Shown: in pieces, positions 9,762-19,900 of the stretch
How positions within the stretch are numbered: position 1 is the stretch's first letter
Layout of the letters: each line of letters starts with the position of its first letter
NCBI GenBank assembly: GCA_963668315.1
Contig: OY764216.1
Coordinates: forward strand, 3,968,001-4,032,000
DNA from: Spirochaetia bacterium
GTDB taxonomy: Bacteria; Spirochaetota; Spirochaetia; DSM-2461
DNA length: 64,000 nucleotides
Direction of reading: 5' to 3'
Notes under the pieces: model-generated
What the model was told of the DNA's origin: nothing
Seen by the model: only the letters and a program-made list of their open reading frames with translations
Databases searched by the model: none
Made by a program: the position numbers and the translations under genes

Positions 9762-10163
9762 TCAGGCCTGAAAACTGAATGCCAGTCCCGTCGTTACACT
9801 CGATGCATCGGCAGGAGCGAATGACGGGGGCATTTTGCTCAGGGTATCATGAATGAGACTACCGATTTTCTCCAGATCCGTATCGGAAGGAGAAATATTC
9901 TCGCTGCCCGGTTTGATGAGATTTTCACGGTTTTGTGACGCCATGGAATTTAACCGCTGCAGGGATACGATCATATTATTAAGCAGTTCAAGCCTTTTTA
10001 TGGGAACGGAATTCTGTTGGTGAGATGCGGGAAACCCCTGAACATATTTAAAGTGGGCGTAATAAGAGTCACCCCGCGCTACAGGCAAAGTGACTTTGCT
10101 GTTATGCCCGTGAGCTGTTGATGAGATTTGAACGGGATTAACCATTCCCAGAGAAACATTCAT
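9762..10163 (-). CDS. Hypothetical protein (133 aa), probably sigma28-dependent
   Basis: Clean ORF with a GGAG RBS, preceded by TAAT-N15-TCCGATAA. Confidence 0.7.
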   Translation of the reverse strand: MNVSLGMVNPVQISSTAHGHNSKVTLPVARGDSYYAHFKYVQGFPASHQQNSVPIKRLELLNNMIVSLQRLNSMASQNRENLIKPGSENISPSDTDLEKIGSLIHDTLSKMPPSFAPADASSVTTGLAFSFQA

Positions 10164-10188
10164 AACTCTCCATCCTTAACTGATTACA

Positions 10189-10215
10189 TTATCGGAAAGG
10201 ACGAAGCCGTCATTA
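10189..10215 (-). promoter_or_regulatory. Sigma28 (FliA) promoter
   Basis: TAAT-gacggcttcgtcctt(15)-TCCGATAA, compared with consensus TAAA-N15-GCCGATAA. Confidence 0.7.
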
Positions 10216-10240
10216 ATAGTTTCTGATCAACAAATAACTC

Positions 10241-10597
10241 TTATCTCTTGTTTCTTTCTGCCTTCTGCTTGCATTGTATGCATAGGGCGGCATAGGGAAT
10301 GGCATCGAGTCTGTCCTTCGAGATCATTTTCGAGCAGGATGCGCAAATTCCGTAGGTGCCGTTCTTTATCCGGGAAATGGCCGATTCAATCATATCAAGC
10401 TGCAGTTTGTCCCTGTTTCCCAGAACTTCAAGGGTTCGGCAATCGATATCGTTTGAAGCGACATCGGCCAGATCATTAAGACCGAGATCTTCTACGGCAG
10501 CCTTGAAGTCTTCATTTTCAGAGATAAGATTCTTGAGAAGGTCCTCTTTCATTTTCATCAATGTTTCATACATCTTATCAGAATAGTTTTGTTCCAT
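10241..10597 (-). CDS. dksA: DksA/TraR family C4 zinc-finger transcription factor
   Basis: Coiled-coil tip DLADVA, YGICASC...RLDAIPYAALCIQC. AGGAG precedes the ATG at 10597. Confidence 0.88.
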   Translation of the reverse strand: MEQNYSDKMYETLMKMKEDLLKNLISENEDFKAAVEDLGLNDLADVASNDIDCRTLEVLGNRDKLQLDMIESAISRIKNGTYGICASCSKMISKDRLDAIPYAALCIQCKQKAERNKR

Positions 10598-10744
10598 CTC
10601 AGTCAGGCTCCTAATCTTCAAAATTATGCACCAATTATGCCTATTTGAATAAAAATGTCAAGATGTCCACTCAATCCATGTTGACAAAGCGGTATATCTA
10701 ACATAGAATTCCGTGGAAAATATAAAAAAAACAAGGAGTCTTTT

Positions 10745-10963
10745 TTGGCTAAAGAAGAAGCAATTGAGGTAGAGGGAGTTGTCAAGGAAAGCCTTCCCAA
10801 TACCATGTTCAGAGTGGAACTGAAAAACGGCCACGTCATTCTTGCCCATCTGTCCGGCAAAATGAGAAAACATTATATAAGAATCGTACCCGGCGATAAA
10901 GTAAAGGTCGCCCTTTCCCCCTATGACCTGACCAGAGGCAGAATCATTTTCAGAGAAAGATAA
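10745..10963 (+). CDS. infA: Translation initiation factor IF-1
   Basis: [10 protein letters not shown]...[14 protein letters not shown]...[18 protein letters not shown] start after AAGGAG. Confidence 0.98.
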   Translation: MAKEEAIEVEGVVKESLPNTMFRVELKNGHVILAHLSGKMRKHYIRIVPGDKVKVALSPYDLTRGRIIFRER

Positions 10964-10990
10964 ACTTCCGGAGACGAAGGGACCAGGAAT

Positions 10991-11371
10991 CTATAGGATA
11001 AACCACGTGGCCCCTTCTCCCCCTTCATTGCGAGGAGCCTTACCCCAGTTTTTAACCTGGGGATGGGAGTCCAGCAGCTTCCTGACCATGGGCCTAAGAA
11101 CCGCCCCGTCTTGGGAATGCAGCCCTTTTCCATGGATAATTATCCCCTTTTTTACTCCCCTCTTCCTGCAGTTTCTCAGAAAGGACAGCACTTCTCTTTT
11201 GGCTTCCTCTCCTTTCATACCATGAACGTCCAGAGTCACCTGGGGGGCCATCTTTTCGAGAGTCTTCCGTCCGGGGCTGTCGGATGTTTTTCTCTTCTCC
11301 CCTTTTTCCTTCTCTTTAAACGCCTGCTTACCCGGGGGGTACATATTCAGAAGATCTTCCATTCCCGCCAT
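10991..11371 (-). CDS. Smr/MutS2 C-terminal domain protein
   Basis: LDVHG, IIHGKGLHS and GGEGAT motifs. Confidence 0.9.
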   Translation of the reverse strand: MAGMEDLLNMYPPGKQAFKEKEKGEKRKTSDSPGRKTLEKMAPQVTLDVHGMKGEEAKREVLSFLRNCRKRGVKKGIIIHGKGLHSQDGAVLRPMVRKLLDSHPQVKNWGKAPRNEGGEGATWFIL

Positions 11372-11372
11372 A

Positions 11373-13346
11373 TCAGAAAGCCTCATCCGTAACGGGAACG
11401 ACTTTACCCCGCGGCAGCCAGCCTTCCAGACCATAGCCGGTCTTGATAAAATAGTAATCTTTCTTCTCCGTTATCAGCCGGAAAGATGTCCCCGGAGGGA
11501 GGAGAAGCCACTCATCGGCCGTTTCTTCGGGAATTCGGCTCAGGGCTGCGCCTTCGGATTTCACGACTCCCTGGGGAAGCCGGTTCATCCTGTTCATGGC
11601 CAGCAGTGCGCCTCCGGTACCCAGAATGATAAAGAACAGCGTGGCCACCGCAAGAAAACGGCTGAGTTTGCTCTTTTTCAGGTACCACGCAAGCATGACA
11701 AGAAAAAGATTGATCAAAAGGATCAAGATACCGGAAAGATCCGCCGAGCCGATACCCCAGTTGACCGAATACTGATCCTGCAGCCCCGCCAGGCTTTCCA
11801 TGGCATAGAGCCCTTTCAGAATTTTCTGTTCACCGGGAAGCGCAAGAAGGGCGGTACGGAAAAGCTTCTCGCTACCGGTCAGATTTCCCTGGTAAAATTC
11901 CAAAACGGCCCGATTATATAAATAGGCCGCATAACCTTCCTTCTCATAAAGAGCCTCATAAAGAGCCAGGCTCTGACGCAGGTCCCCATCCCTGAACAGC
12001 TCCTGAGCCTTCTCGACGGATTCCCGTCTTTCCGGACCGTTTCCGAAAGATAAAAGCAGGGGCAGAACGATCAGCAGGGGAAGCCAGTCGCTCTTTCTCT
12101 CATTGAGGGAAAAGAGGACGAAGAGAAAATAGATAAGTCCCGGCAGAATGAACAGCCATTTAAAGGGACTGTCAAATTTTTCCTTGCAGATGAGCCGGGT
12201 AATATCAAAGGAGGAGAGAAGAGGGAGCCGCTGACTCTCTTCACCGCTCTGAACCGTGATATCCACATCATAGGTATTACCGGAGAAAGTTTCGATTTTT
12301 CCTGTCACAGGGTTCATCCACGAAAAGGGAGTGCAGACGATTTTTCCCCTATTCTCCCCGCCCGCCTGATACCGGTAGGATATCTGCCGGTACCCGGAGT
12401 ATCCCGATTCCGTGGGGATCAGCTCCTCGCTCTCATCGGAGTTAATCAATTCAAAACCGTCGGCCACGATCTCGGGGAAGCTCATGTAGTGAAAATTACC
12501 CGTTCCCTCAATCCTTACGCTAAGGGTAAGGATTTCGCCCTGAGCCGCCTGATTGCCGGAGAACTGGGTTACCACGGAAAAATCCCCCACCGCCCCGCTT
12601 TTCATAATTTCCTCGGGAGGAGGGAGAATATCAAGCTCCAGAGAGGGAATATCCCGGTTGAGCCCGAGTATGGAGACACTGCCCCCGGGAATGGTGAGAT
12701 GGCCCGATTCACCGGAAGAAAAATACCAGCTTTCCAGGGGATAGGAATAAATGGTCTTATCCCGGATTTCAAAGGTCTCGATATCTCCGGATAAATCGAC
12801 CTGGTCTAGATCTCCCACCGCCGGTTTGGCCATATGGATCTCTTCGGGGAAATCCAGACTTTCCGTATAGCGCACGTTGAGGATGAGGGAGATGATTTCA
12901 CCCGGATAGGCCTGATCTTTCACGGGAGACCAGTAAACCTGGAGGGGAAAGTCCAGATTGCTCTCATCACGGTTGTGAACGATCACGGGAAAATCGGGAA
13001 GGACCATCTCGAATTTTTCCCTGAAAAATCTCAGACCCGAACACTGATAAATGTCTCCGGCGGAAGCGCGGAACGTCAGGACCGCCTCGGTCATCTCCTC
13101 GTATATGATTTCCCCGCTGTTTTCAACGAGTGCGTTATACGGCCTCAGATAGGGTTCACCGGCGACGGACATCGCCCCGTACTCTTCCAGGGGAAGTTCC
13201 ACTTCCAGATCCCGGGAGTAGGGAACCATGGTTTTGACATATACTTTGAAATTGCGGTTGATGTAGGCCTTATCCTGGGTTATCGTTTCTTCGGCGAAAA
13301 GGGACAGGCAAAACAGCAACAGCAGCGGAAGGAAAAGTCTTTTCAT
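11373..13346 (-). CDS. BatD-like protein fused to a TPR/SH3 (BatE-like) region
   Basis: Signal peptide, GAVGDF...IEGTGN BatD motif, TM, TPR (YLYNRA), TMs and a C-terminal SH3-like GLEGWLP; located in the Bat operon. Confidence 0.75.
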   Translation of the reverse strand: MKRLFLPLLLLFCLSLFAEETITQDKAYINRNFKVYVKTMVPYSRDLEVELPLEEYGAMSVAGEPYLRPYNALVENSGEIIYEEMTEAVLTFRASAGDIYQCSGLRFFREKFEMVLPDFPVIVHNRDESNLDFPLQVYWSPVKDQAYPGEIISLILNVRYTESLDFPEEIHMAKPAVGDLDQVDLSGDIETFEIRDKTIYSYPLESWYFSSGESGHLTIPGGSVSILGLNRDIPSLELDILPPPEEIMKSGAVGDFSVVTQFSGNQAAQGEILTLSVRIEGTGNFHYMSFPEIVADGFELINSDESEELIPTESGYSGYRQISYRYQAGGENRGKIVCTPFSWMNPVTGKIETFSGNTYDVDITVQSGEESQRLPLLSSFDITRLICKEKFDSPFKWLFILPGLIYFLFVLFSLNERKSDWLPLLIVLPLLLSFGNGPERRESVEKAQELFRDGDLRQSLALYEALYEKEGYAAYLYNRAVLEFYQGNLTGSEKLFRTALLALPGEQKILKGLYAMESLAGLQDQYSVNWGIGSADLSGILILLINLFLVMLAWYLKKSKLSRFLAVATLFFIILGTGGALLAMNRMNRLPQGVVKSEGAALSRIPEETADEWLLLPPGTSFRLITEKKDYYFIKTGYGLEGWLPRGKVVPVTDEAF

Positions 13347-13924
13347 TACCAGTCGTTCTCCCTCGGATTTTTCTCCTTTTCCGCCGATTCCCAGACGGGA
13401 TTCTCCTGGCGTCTCAGATAGTTCAGAAGTCTTTCGGTATCATCGAAAAGGTTCTCATTTTTCTCCTGTTCCGCTTCGTCGCCGCGCAGATCCAGACCGG
13501 AATTGACCCGGTTCAGGGATAATTCGAGATTGATTTTGCTATCCCTGTCGGAGGGCTCCAGATTTACCGCCTCTTTGAAAGCCAGAGCCGCTTCCTGGTA
13601 CATTCCTTTTTCATAATAATAGACCCCCTTGTTGAAGGTCAGCATAAAAAGGAATTCCCTGTCCGCGGGAGGCTCCTGATCCCACTTTATCAGAGCCGAA
13701 TCCCGCTCTCCCAGGCTGTAATAGACATTTCCGATGTTATAGCTGATCAGGGGCAAGTTATCGCCCCATTCCATAGCGTCGAGAAAAGCAACATTCGCTC
13801 TTTTGAAATTTCCCTGATCCATCTGATAATTTCCCCAGAACACCAGCAGTCCCGGATTGACATATCCGCAGGAAAAAAGGAGAAAACTTGCTATCGTTAC
13901 AAGTACGCCGTTCTTTAATTCCAT
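13346..13924 (-). CDS. TPR protein (BatC-like)
   Basis: YNIGNVYY, FNKGVYYY, KINLEL; ends in NDW like BatC. Confidence 0.8.
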   Translation of the reverse strand: MELKNGVLVTIASFLLFSCGYVNPGLLVFWGNYQMDQGNFKRANVAFLDAMEWGDNLPLISYNIGNVYYSLGERDSALIKWDQEPPADREFLFMLTFNKGVYYYEKGMYQEAALAFKEAVNLEPSDRDSKINLELSLNRVNSGLDLRGDEAEQEKNENLFDDTERLLNYLRRQENPVWESAEKEKNPRENDW

Positions 13925-14892
13925 CGCAGTTTCCCCATGATAAGATAGAAGGCCATGAATACCAGAGCGGCAAGGGCAAAAATCCTGTACCGGTTTGTGG
14001 AAGTAAACCCCACGCCCCGGGCTTCGGTCTGCCCGTAGGTATCGGAAAGGAGCGTTTCAATCTCGCCCATATTGTGAACATCGGTCAGATCCAGATAGCG
14101 TCCTCCGGTCAAGTCGGCCATCTGCTTCAGTAGCTCACTGTTCTGCCTTGTCACGACGGGCTCCCCTTCCCTGTCGGTGAGGAGTTCACCGTTTTCCAGT
14201 CGGATAAAATCGCCCTCACCCGAGCCCAGCCCGAATGTAAAGAGCTGAATGTTGCGGTCATAAAGTTCCCTGGCCGCATTCAGCCCGTTTCCTTCAAGCC
14301 CCTCCCCGTCGGTGAAAAGCAGGACGGCACGGTTCCTCTCCTGGTTTTCCGGCAGGGTGGACGCTCCCTTTTGAAGAGCTTTTTCAAGATTGGATCCCGG
14401 AGCGCTGATGAAGGCGGGACTGACTTTCTCCAGAAAGTTTTCCAGGGTAATGGTATCTTCCGTAAGCGGGATAAAAAGCACCGGCTCCCCCTTGAAAAGC
14501 GTAAAGGAGTAACGGGCTTTCGGGAGATTCTCCATAAGAAGAAACATGGCGTCCCTGCACCGGTCAAGCCGTGAGCTTCCCACATCGCGGGCCAGCATAC
14601 TGTTGGAAACATCAACCACAAGCGCCACATCCAGGTTTCTCTTCTCATTGCTTTCAGGCTCGAGTCCCCAGTGAAAATCCACCAGAGCCAGCACCGAGAA
14701 AAGGCAGATGCCGTTTATCAGAAGAAAGCGGAGAAAACTCCTCACCCGGTAGCGGTTATCCACGACACTCCGAGATCCATAACCCAGCCTTTTCAGGTAG
14801 GTACGGCTGCGGTGGTTCGAAACGAAGCTGAGAATCCATAGGGGGACAATCATTATTAGTATCCAGAAATAACGGGGATCAATGATTCTCAT
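13915..14892 (-). CDS. VWA domain protein (BatB-like)
   Basis: MIDAS DVSNSM, SRLD, PLTED and TDGE; N- and C-terminal TMs. Confidence 0.88.
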   Translation of the reverse strand: MRIIDPRYFWILIMIVPLWILSFVSNHRSRTYLKRLGYGSRSVVDNRYRVRSFLRFLLINGICLFSVLALVDFHWGLEPESNEKRNLDVALVVDVSNSMLARDVGSSRLDRCRDAMFLLMENLPKARYSFTLFKGEPVLFIPLTEDTITLENFLEKVSPAFISAPGSNLEKALQKGASTLPENQERNRAVLLFTDGEGLEGNGLNAARELYDRNIQLFTFGLGSGEGDFIRLENGELLTDREGEPVVTRQNSELLKQMADLTGGRYLDLTDVHNMGEIETLLSDTYGQTEARGVGFTSTNRYRIFALAALVFMAFYLIMGKLRWN

Positions 14893-15890
14893 ACCACTTC
14901 CCCCAATACAATCCGCCGGATAAACCAGTAGAGAAAAAAGAAGATAAGCCCCAGAAGAATCAGCTTCTGATAGAAATAACTTTTTTCCACGGAAATCTTC
15001 GTCTTCATCTCATAGGATTCCATCGTATTTATGGTTTGAAAAATAGTTTCGAGGGATCCGGAGCTGCGGGCATAGAAGTATCCGCCGCCGCTGATGTCGG
15101 CCATCTCTTCCAGCAGGGTGCCGTCAAAATGGCTCTTGATGGTACCGGAGAGGATTTTCCCCGTTTCCCTGTCGTGAAACTCGATGGGCACCTCGCCCGT
15201 GGTTCCGAGACCCACGGCATAAATCCTTATATTGGATTGAACCGCCATGGACGCGGCGGTTCGGGGCTGAATCTCGCCCAGATTGTTCTCTCCGTCGGTA
15301 ATGAGAAGAATGGCTTTTTCCGATGCCGTACTCGATGAGAGATGGAGTACGGCCAGGGCGACTCCCATCCCGATGGCAGTACCGTCGCCCCGATCGATAA
15401 GGGAGACGTCGTCCAGGGTGTCGCTCAGAAGGGAATGATCCACCGTGGGCGGCATTTTCAGAAAGGCCTCTTCCGAGAAAGTCACAAGTCCGATGGAATC
15501 GTTCTCCCTCTCCTTGATGAAATCCTTTACCATCTCCCGGGCCGTGGTCAGCCTGTCCTCGGCACCGAAATCACGGGCCGCCATACTGGGCGACTGATCG
15601 AGAACGATCATGATATCCATTCCCCTCTCAATATACACTTTCCGGTTGACCGCGGTGGCGGGTCCGGAGAGAGCCAGTATAAAAAGGCTGACGGCCAGCC
15701 AGGCCATGAATTCGGTCAGGATATAGATCACTTTGAGAGAAAGGGGGAGACGGATCGTGTTTTTCCCCTGCCAGACACGATAGGAGTAGGGAATTCCCCC
15801 TCCCCTGTTCGGCCTCAGATAGAGGAAATAAAGAAGCAGGGGAAAAAAAGCGAAGAGGATCAGATAGGCCGGTTCTTCAAAGGTCAGCAA
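14889..15890 (-). CDS. VWA domain protein (BatA-like)
   Basis: MIDAS DQSPSM, DGTAIGMG and TDGENN. TTG at 15890 is the likely start (track start 15917). Confidence 0.88.
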   Translation of the reverse strand: MLTFEEPAYLILFAFFPLLLYFLYLRPNRGGGIPYSYRVWQGKNTIRLPLSLKVIYILTEFMAWLAVSLFILALSGPATAVNRKVYIERGMDIMIVLDQSPSMAARDFGAEDRLTTAREMVKDFIKERENDSIGLVTFSEEAFLKMPPTVDHSLLSDTLDDVSLIDRGDGTAIGMGVALAVLHLSSSTASEKAILLITDGENNLGEIQPRTAASMAVQSNIRIYAVGLGTTGEVPIEFHDRETGKILSGTIKSHFDGTLLEEMADISGGGYFYARSSGSLETIFQTINTMESYEMKTKISVEKSYFYQKLILLGLIFFFLYWFIRRIVLGEVV

Positions 15891-16752
15891 TTTTTTCCTC
15901 CCTTTCCAGACTTTCAAGAAATTTTTTCATGATTTCCAGACTGCGCACCCTCTCTTTGCGGCTGATATGTTCTCCGGCGAATTTCACAAGATCCGCCGTC
16001 CTCAACAGCTCCGAAATATCTTTCCAGACAGCCGCATCCACCGGAGGATGGGGCAGATTTTTCAGATCCCGCGTTGTCATGGAGTGACAGTCCAGACCGG
16101 TTCTCTCCGATAGATAGGAACGGACTCCCTCAGAAATATCGATATAGAAGTTTCTCTCCTTGCCGTTCTCATCCACTCGGCTTTCCAGCCTCTTGATGAG
16201 GCGGCTCATCCGGCGGCGGGGCCCCGAATGACTCAGCCAGCGGAAAAGGATGCGGATTCTCTCCGCCAGGAATCGTCCCGCGAGGAAACAGACATAGGGA
16301 GAACAGATGAGAATAATGAGAAAAAGGGGTATTAACAGTTTAATGCCGGAAAAATTCAGGTTGGGCCGTATTCCCCGCAGCTCCCGCACTTTCTCCTGTT
16401 CCACCAGAGAGTTTGTAAAGATTTTCATTGACTCTATGGTGATATCCCCCAGATTGATCGGGGGAAGAGAACGGGTACCGGTCATATAAGATTTGAACCG
16501 TATGGAAACCTGCGCTTCATATCCCTCCTGCTCCACATCTATCGATTCTATCTCCAGCCAGTCGGCCCGGGGGAGTATCTCGGGAACGGAGAGTTCCTTC
16601 TCATCATCCCAGACGAGGCGGAACTGGAGGAGGACGGAATCGCCCACGTAATAGGTAGGCGGAACAAAGACTTCATCCACCACATCCCACTGGGCGTGGA
16701 GAGAAAAGGAGGCGAGAAGAGTGAGAAGGAGGACCGGAAGGATTCGCATCAT
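15877..16752 (-). CDS. Membrane-anchored hypothetical protein of the MoxR-Bat operon
   Basis: Signal peptide, Ig-like region, TM, then MTTRDL and ADLVKFA motifs typical of this operon position. Confidence 0.75.
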   Translation of the reverse strand: MMRILPVLLLTLLASFSLHAQWDVVDEVFVPPTYYVGDSVLLQFRLVWDDEKELSVPEILPRADWLEIESIDVEQEGYEAQVSIRFKSYMTGTRSLPPINLGDITIESMKIFTNSLVEQEKVRELRGIRPNLNFSGIKLLIPLFLIILICSPYVCFLAGRFLAERIRILFRWLSHSGPRRRMSRLIKRLESRVDENGKERNFYIDISEGVRSYLSERTGLDCHSMTTRDLKNLPHPPVDAAVWKDISELLRTADLVKFAGEHISRKERVRSLEIMKKFLESLEREEKIADL

Positions 16753-17621
16753 CCTTTCTTTCTCCTTTTGAAGAACTGTATGATTCTTTCCAGAGGATCA
16801 TCGCCGCTTTCGATTTCCACGTAATCTATGCCGTTGGCCCGGCAGTGCTCCACCAGTTTATAATAATGGAGATCCCAGAACTCGTGATACTCCTCCCGGA
16901 GCTGCCGGCTTCCACCGTAGAAGAGCTGTCCCCGGCCCGTCTCCCTGTCACGGAGTTCCACCAGCCCGACCCGGGGCAGCTCCCTCTCGCGCTTGTCATA
17001 GAGGGATACGGCGATAACATCGTGTTTTCTGGCGAGCAGGCTCAGCTCCTTCCAGTATCCATCCGTTTTGAAATCGGAGATAATAAAACAGATGCCCCGC
17101 CTTTTCATAAGCTCCATGGCGGTCCGTGTGGCCAGAGCCAGATCGGAGCCGGTCCCTTCGGGCGTGAAACTCAGCACCTGCGAGACCTGCTTGAGGATGT
17201 TCTTATTGCCCTTCATGGGCGCATGGTACTGTTCGATTCGGTCAGAGAAGACCAGGGTTCCCACCCTGTCGTTGTTGGCATTGGCCGCATGGGCGATCAG
17301 GGAGAAAATATAACCGGCCATTTCCCGCTTGCTCCCCCCCGAATCAAGACAGAGAGAGGCGGAGGAATCGAGAAGAATCATGAGATTCATCTCCCGTTCC
17401 TCTTTGAACGTCTTGGTATAGGGCTCCCCCATGCGGGAAGAGACATTCCAGTCGATAAAGCGGGTGTCGTCGCCGGAGATATACCCCCGCACCTCGTCAA
17501 ATTCCAGACCGGGACCGCGAAAAAGAGACTTATAGTTTCCCGTGAACAGGGTGTCCACCAGTCTTTTGGAAACAAGCTGTATCCTCTTGACCTGGCGGCT
17601 TATTTCTCCTTGATCCGTCAT
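16749..17621 (-). CDS. DUF58 domain protein
   Basis: GLEFDEVRGYISGDDTRFIDWNVSSR, DSSAS and ISDF. Confidence 0.93.
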   Translation of the reverse strand: MTDQGEISRQVKRIQLVSKRLVDTLFTGNYKSLFRGPGLEFDEVRGYISGDDTRFIDWNVSSRMGEPYTKTFKEEREMNLMILLDSSASLCLDSGGSKREMAGYIFSLIAHAANANNDRVGTLVFSDRIEQYHAPMKGNKNILKQVSQVLSFTPEGTGSDLALATRTAMELMKRRGICFIISDFKTDGYWKELSLLARKHDVIAVSLYDKRERELPRVGLVELRDRETGRGQLFYGGSRQLREEYHEFWDLHYYKLVEHCRANGIDYVEIESGDDPLERIIQFFKRRKKG

Positions 17622-18616
17622 CAGGGCACAGAAACGTGGGACAGAATGGAATCGATAACGCTGTCGGCGGTCATTTCTTCCGCCTCCGCTTCGTAGGAAA
17701 GAACGATACGATGGCGGAGAACGATCTTCGCCACATCCTGAACATCTTCCGGGAGGACATAGGCCCGCCCTTCCATAAGCGCCTTAACCCGGGCGCAGCG
17801 CATCATGCCGATTGTGGCCCTGGGGGACGCTCCGTACTCGATAAAGCGGATAAAGGGCAGCTTTCTTTTATTCTGTTCTCTGGTGGCCGCCACGAGGGAA
17901 ACGATATACTTCTCCACCCTTTCGTCCAGTTCAATACCCTGGGCTATCTCACGGACCCGGGCGATGGACCGGGGATCAAGAACCCTCTCCAGACGGATGC
18001 TGTCCATATTATCAACCCGGCGCATGATCTCCAGTTCGTCCTCGGGACTGGGGTAGGAAACCAGTACCTTGGCAATGAACCGGTCCAGCTGAGCTTCGGG
18101 AAGCTGATAGGTCCCCTCCTGCTCGATGGGATTCTGGGTGGCCAGAACAAAAAAGGGTTCGGGCAGCTTATAGGTCGAATCGCCGATGGTCACCTGTTTC
18201 TCAGCCATGGCTTCGAGAAGGGCGCTCTGAACCTTGGCGGGCGCCCTGTTCACTTCATCGGCCAGAATGATGTGTGAAAACACCGGACCTTTCCGGGGAA
18301 CGAATTCACCGGTCTGCTGCCGGTAAATCATGGTTCCCGTCAGGTCGGCGGGAAGAAGATCGGGGGTAAACTGAATTCTTTTGAAATCGATACTCAAAAT
18401 ATCGGCGAAGGTTTGAACGGCCAGGGTCTTGGCCAGCCCGGGTACACCTTCCACGAGGACATGCCCCCCGGCTAAAATCCCCATGAGGAGTCCTTCCACA
18501 AGGGAATCCTGACCGACTATCTTCTTAGCCGCTTCCTTTCGGGCCCTGTCGATAATGGCCTGGGCTTCCTTAACATTATTCTTAAGACTTTGATCTATCA
18601 CACTAACCTCGCTCAC
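17621..18616 (-). CDS. moxR: MoxR-family AAA+ ATPase
   Basis: GVPGLAKT, RIQFTPDLLPAD, DEVNRA, ATQNPIEQEGTY and GASPRA. Confidence 0.95.
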   Translation of the reverse strand: MSEVSVIDQSLKNNVKEAQAIIDRARKEAAKKIVGQDSLVEGLLMGILAGGHVLVEGVPGLAKTLAVQTFADILSIDFKRIQFTPDLLPADLTGTMIYRQQTGEFVPRKGPVFSHIILADEVNRAPAKVQSALLEAMAEKQVTIGDSTYKLPEPFFVLATQNPIEQEGTYQLPEAQLDRFIAKVLVSYPSPEDELEIMRRVDNMDSIRLERVLDPRSIARVREIAQGIELDERVEKYIVSLVAATREQNKRKLPFIRFIEYGASPRATIGMMRCARVKALMEGRAYVLPEDVQDVAKIVLRHRIVLSYEAEAEEMTADSVIDSILSHVSVP

Positions 18617-18619
18617 CGG

Positions 18620-19900
18620 TTATGATCTGTATTCGGCATTAATTCTGACATAGTCGCAGGAAAGATCGGAACCCCAGACTACTGCGGATTCCTGGCCCCT
18701 TCCCAGACGAACGGATATCTTAACATTTTTCCCATGGGCAGGGAACCCCGGCGACGGCAGAGGCAGGGCCCTCTCTTTCATATAGGAGTGGAGAAGACTC
18801 TCCTTTTCGCTGTCAAGAAGGAAAGCCCCCTCTTTATAAAGGCTGGTATCTCCCATCATAAGGCTGACTTTCTGCCTGTCCAGTTCGACTCCGCCGTTAC
18901 CCGCCCAGTCACCCAGGGCCTGAATGAGACGGCCCACATTGGGATCGTTCCCGAAGACAGCGCTCTTGGTCAGAGGGGAATTGATCAGGGCCTTACCGGC
19001 GGAAACAGCTTCTTCCTTCGTCGCGGCGCCGCTGATTTCCACTTCCATGACATGGCCCGTTCCCTCTCCGTTCCGGACCACATCCTGGGCCAGCTGAACG
19101 GCCAGATCACACAGGGCGCGCCGGAATTCCTCCCCGTCCACCGGTTTTTTCCTGGTGGAGAAGATAATCGCCGTATCGCTGGTGCTCTGGTCGCTGTCCA
19201 CGCTTATGCGGTTGAAACTCTCAGAGCAGGCCTCGCGCCAGTAACGGTCCAGAGCGTCCCGCTCCACATCTCCGTCGGTCATGAAGAAGACAAGCATGGT
19301 GGCCAGATTAGGCTCGATCATCCCGGCTCCCTTGCAGATGCCGGTGATGCGGCAGTCGCCCACGCTTACCGTCCGGGCTTTGGGGAATGAATCGGTCGTC
19401 ATAATGGAACGGGCGGCGTTCAGGGCGGAACCGCCCTCTCTCTTCCCGACCAGATCGGGCAAGGCCGCCTCCATCTCCTCGACGGGGAGTTCCCAACCGA
19501 TGACGCCGGTGGAAAAGGGAAAGACGACGCCCTCTCCGGGCAGAAGGGATTCGGCCTTTCTTCGCAGCCGGCTGCTCTTTTCGTAACCGCAGGGACACTC
19601 GACATTGGCGATTTTATTGTTTATCAGCAGTCCCTTGAGGGCTTTTTCCTTCAGAAGTTCCCGCCCGATGGTGACGGGATGACCGGGAAAGGCATTCCTG
19701 GTAAACAGCGCCGCGAAACTGTCTGTCGGCTCCTCCAGAGCGATAAGAGTCAAATTCATGGGGTATTCCTGGCCTTTCCCCTCAACGGCTAATTCGCCGG
19801 GAACAAAACGTATTTTATGGGAAGCAGCGGTTACCCCGGCAGGAAGGGGCACATGGGCTTCCAGGTATTTTTCATACTCTTCAGCGGTGTGAAATTTCAT
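18620..19900 (-). CDS. argJ: Glutamate N-acetyltransferase / ornithine acetyltransferase
   Basis: STGVIG, IMTTD, KGAGMIEPNLATML, DSDQSTSDT, RNGEG, NDPNVGR and YVRINAEYRS. Confidence 0.93.
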   Translation of the reverse strand: MKFHTAEEYEKYLEAHVPLPAGVTAASHKIRFVPGELAVEGKGQEYPMNLTLIALEEPTDSFAALFTRNAFPGHPVTIGRELLKEKALKGLLINNKIANVECPCGYEKSSRLRRKAESLLPGEGVVFPFSTGVIGWELPVEEMEAALPDLVGKREGGSALNAARSIMTTDSFPKARTVSVGDCRITGICKGAGMIEPNLATMLVFFMTDGDVERDALDRYWREACSESFNRISVDSDQSTSDTAIIFSTRKKPVDGEEFRRALCDLAVQLAQDVVRNGEGTGHVMEVEISGAATKEEAVSAGKALINSPLTKSAVFGNDPNVGRLIQALGDWAGNGGVELDRQKVSLMMGDTSLYKEGAFLLDSEKESLLHSYMKERALPLPSPGFPAHGKNVKISVRLGRGQESAVVWGSDLSCDYVRINAEYRS

